The position numbers and the translations under genes were made by a program. A DNA stretch of 21,743 nucleotides from Fimicolochytrium jonesii (lineage: Eukaryota), in contig NW_026515686.1 of assembly GCF_025526975.1 (NCBI RefSeq), positions 558,001 to 579,743 of the forward strand, written 5' to 3'. Below are positions 20,338-21,743 of the stretch, one piece after another. The notes under the pieces were generated by a model, which was not told where the DNA came from, did no database searches, and saw only the letters and a program-made list of their open reading frames with translations. Position 1 is the stretch's first letter. The number at the start of each line of letters is the position of its first letter.

Positions 20338-20991
20338 CAGGACTGTTCCCGGTTATGGGTTATTTTTGGCCATCCAAAAAGTGTCAAATAAAGTTGCTAG
20401 CAATGTTCAGGGGCATCTTACTGTAATGTGCTTCAAATTTTGGGGCATGTTTTCCACTCAATGCCCCGGGAAAATCTGTTTTTCCGATTTTTTACTATGA
20501 AAATATTGCCAAAATGCATTTTCTGGAACTCTGAGTGGATGGATTTCGCCTAAAGTGAAATATGTCTCAGAAAACATCCCCAAAAACATCTAGGAACCTT
20601 CATCTACTCTAGTATTCATCAACTCCTGGCACTTTTTGTTTCCAGGCAATATGGGGGTGTTCTCCAGTTGGCTGCGAATGACTCAATTTGGTTTGCTCTC
20701 AATTTGCTACATGTTCAAATCCTTTTGAGGCCCAAATACTTTCTTTTCTCCCACTGCTCCTTCTGATGGTGGAGGATGGCAAATGCCTTTTTGCATTGCA
20801 ATACATGGATATGACAGGGTGTTTGTCAACCAGCAAATCATGCAAAAAGCATGCAGTGCATGTCCGTTTGCATGCACTATGTCATCCGCACCACCTTGGA
20901 CACCTGAGGAAAGTTGTGCGGATTTGAAAGATAATATAGTTACGGAAGTGGAACCAGGGAGATTCAATGACTATTGAAGGAGCTATGGCAC
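20338..20991. mobile_element. Telomere-embedded segment B (654 bp), terminus related to element A
   Basis: Flanked by telomere tracts. It begins GGGTTA|CAGGAC...CCCGGTTATGGGTTATTTTTGG, against GGGTTA|CAAGAC CCCCTGGGTTGGGTTTTATTATTGG for A. No convincing ORF. Confidence 0.55.
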
Positions 20992-21006
20992 TTAGGGTTA
21001 GGGTTA
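20992..21006 (+). repeat. Short telomere tract 3 (2.5 units)
   Basis: TTAGGGTTAGGGTTA. Confidence 0.9.
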
Positions 21007-21743
21007 CAAGACCCCCTGGGTTGGGTTTTATTATTGGGTTGCCTGGAACCCTAGGGACTTAGAAATTTTCGAGTTTTTTGGCTTTTGGGTGTGTTCTACA
21101 GTTCAAATTCTTGACTCTGAGGGGTGTGGTGGCGGGGGGTGTTGCGCACCTAGGCAAGTCGGGGGGGACTAGGTGTGCAAGGGCAAGTGATGGGTCATAT
21201 GGGTGGTGGTGCGGGTATGGGGGGGGGGGGGCAGGGGTGCCAATAGGGGGGGGGGGGGGTTGATATAAAGGGGACATATATGTTATATATACGTTATAGG
21301 ACTTGTGCAAATTGGGATTTTTTTAGTGCCGATCCGGAGTTGGCGTCCTAATTAAAAGTTGGCCCCATATCATATTCTCTAATTGAAGTACTCTCGGATT
21401 GGCAATCCGTGCGGAAACGGCTTCAGAAACTTAGAAAAACGAAATTTTCACGCGACAGGGGGGAAAAAATTGGAAAATGTGGTGATATCTCAACATCTGG
21501 CTGAATATCCAGTGTTGGGCACTTAATGAAAGTTGATTGTAGCCTATGGTTTGCATAGCTGATGTGGTAGCAAATCTTGTGTAACCTCGCTTTTGGCTGA
21601 AGAAAAGGGCCCCTTTTCAATTCTCAAGTAGTGACCCCGAAGACCTCCTAACAAAAGACACGAGTACGTATGTGCAGGCAAAGGGGTTTGGCTGTGTTCT
21701 CCAGTAAACATTTTGTGATTCCGCTGTGCATTGTAGACTGTTT
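21007..21743 (-). mobile_element. Second copy of element A (A'), running off the window
   Basis: Colinear and highly similar to 17996-~18727; the duplicated 65-aa spurious ORFs at 18407 and 21423 differ at three residues. Confidence 0.9.

Noticed and set aside
20229..20426. NPNPNP / LGLGLG / RVRVRV repeat peptides in the ORF track
   Set aside because: These are translations of the TTAGGG tract, not protein repeats.
20880..20960. CUGAGGA...GAAA hammerhead-like core in segment B
   Set aside because: Stem II is weak and there is no consistent stem I or III with an NUH site. No canonical hammerhead was found in A or B, so Penelope/Terminon identity has no ribozyme support.

Overview
Eukaryotic, most likely fungal DNA. 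The short 46-81 nt introns, TTAGGG repeats and gene families suggest an early-diverging lineage such as a chytrid, but this is inference. The window looks like a subtelomere with the chromosome end to the right. The left ~17.9 kb is an accessory mosaic. It holds a secreted CE12 rhamnogalacturonan acetylesterase, a DUF4345-like membrane protein and three Crinkler-type nuclease genes: a frameshifted REase+kinase, an intact 3-exon HNH nuclease, and a multi-exon REase with an altered catalytic residue. It also holds a Tc1/mariner MITE and relics of a PIF/Harbinger element, a Gypsy integrase, a receiver domain and a virus-like glycine-rich protein cut off by telomere repeats. The right ~3.8 kb is the most unusual part: a head-to-tail chain (TTAGGG)n-A-(TTAGGG)n-B-(TTAGGG)n-A'. 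Every segment joins the telomere repeat in the same register (GGGTTA|CA[A/G]GAC), and A encodes a ~404-aa protein of unknown family with a C-terminal Zn ribbon. This resembles a telomere-targeted mobile element family, although no reverse transcriptase is visible in the window.
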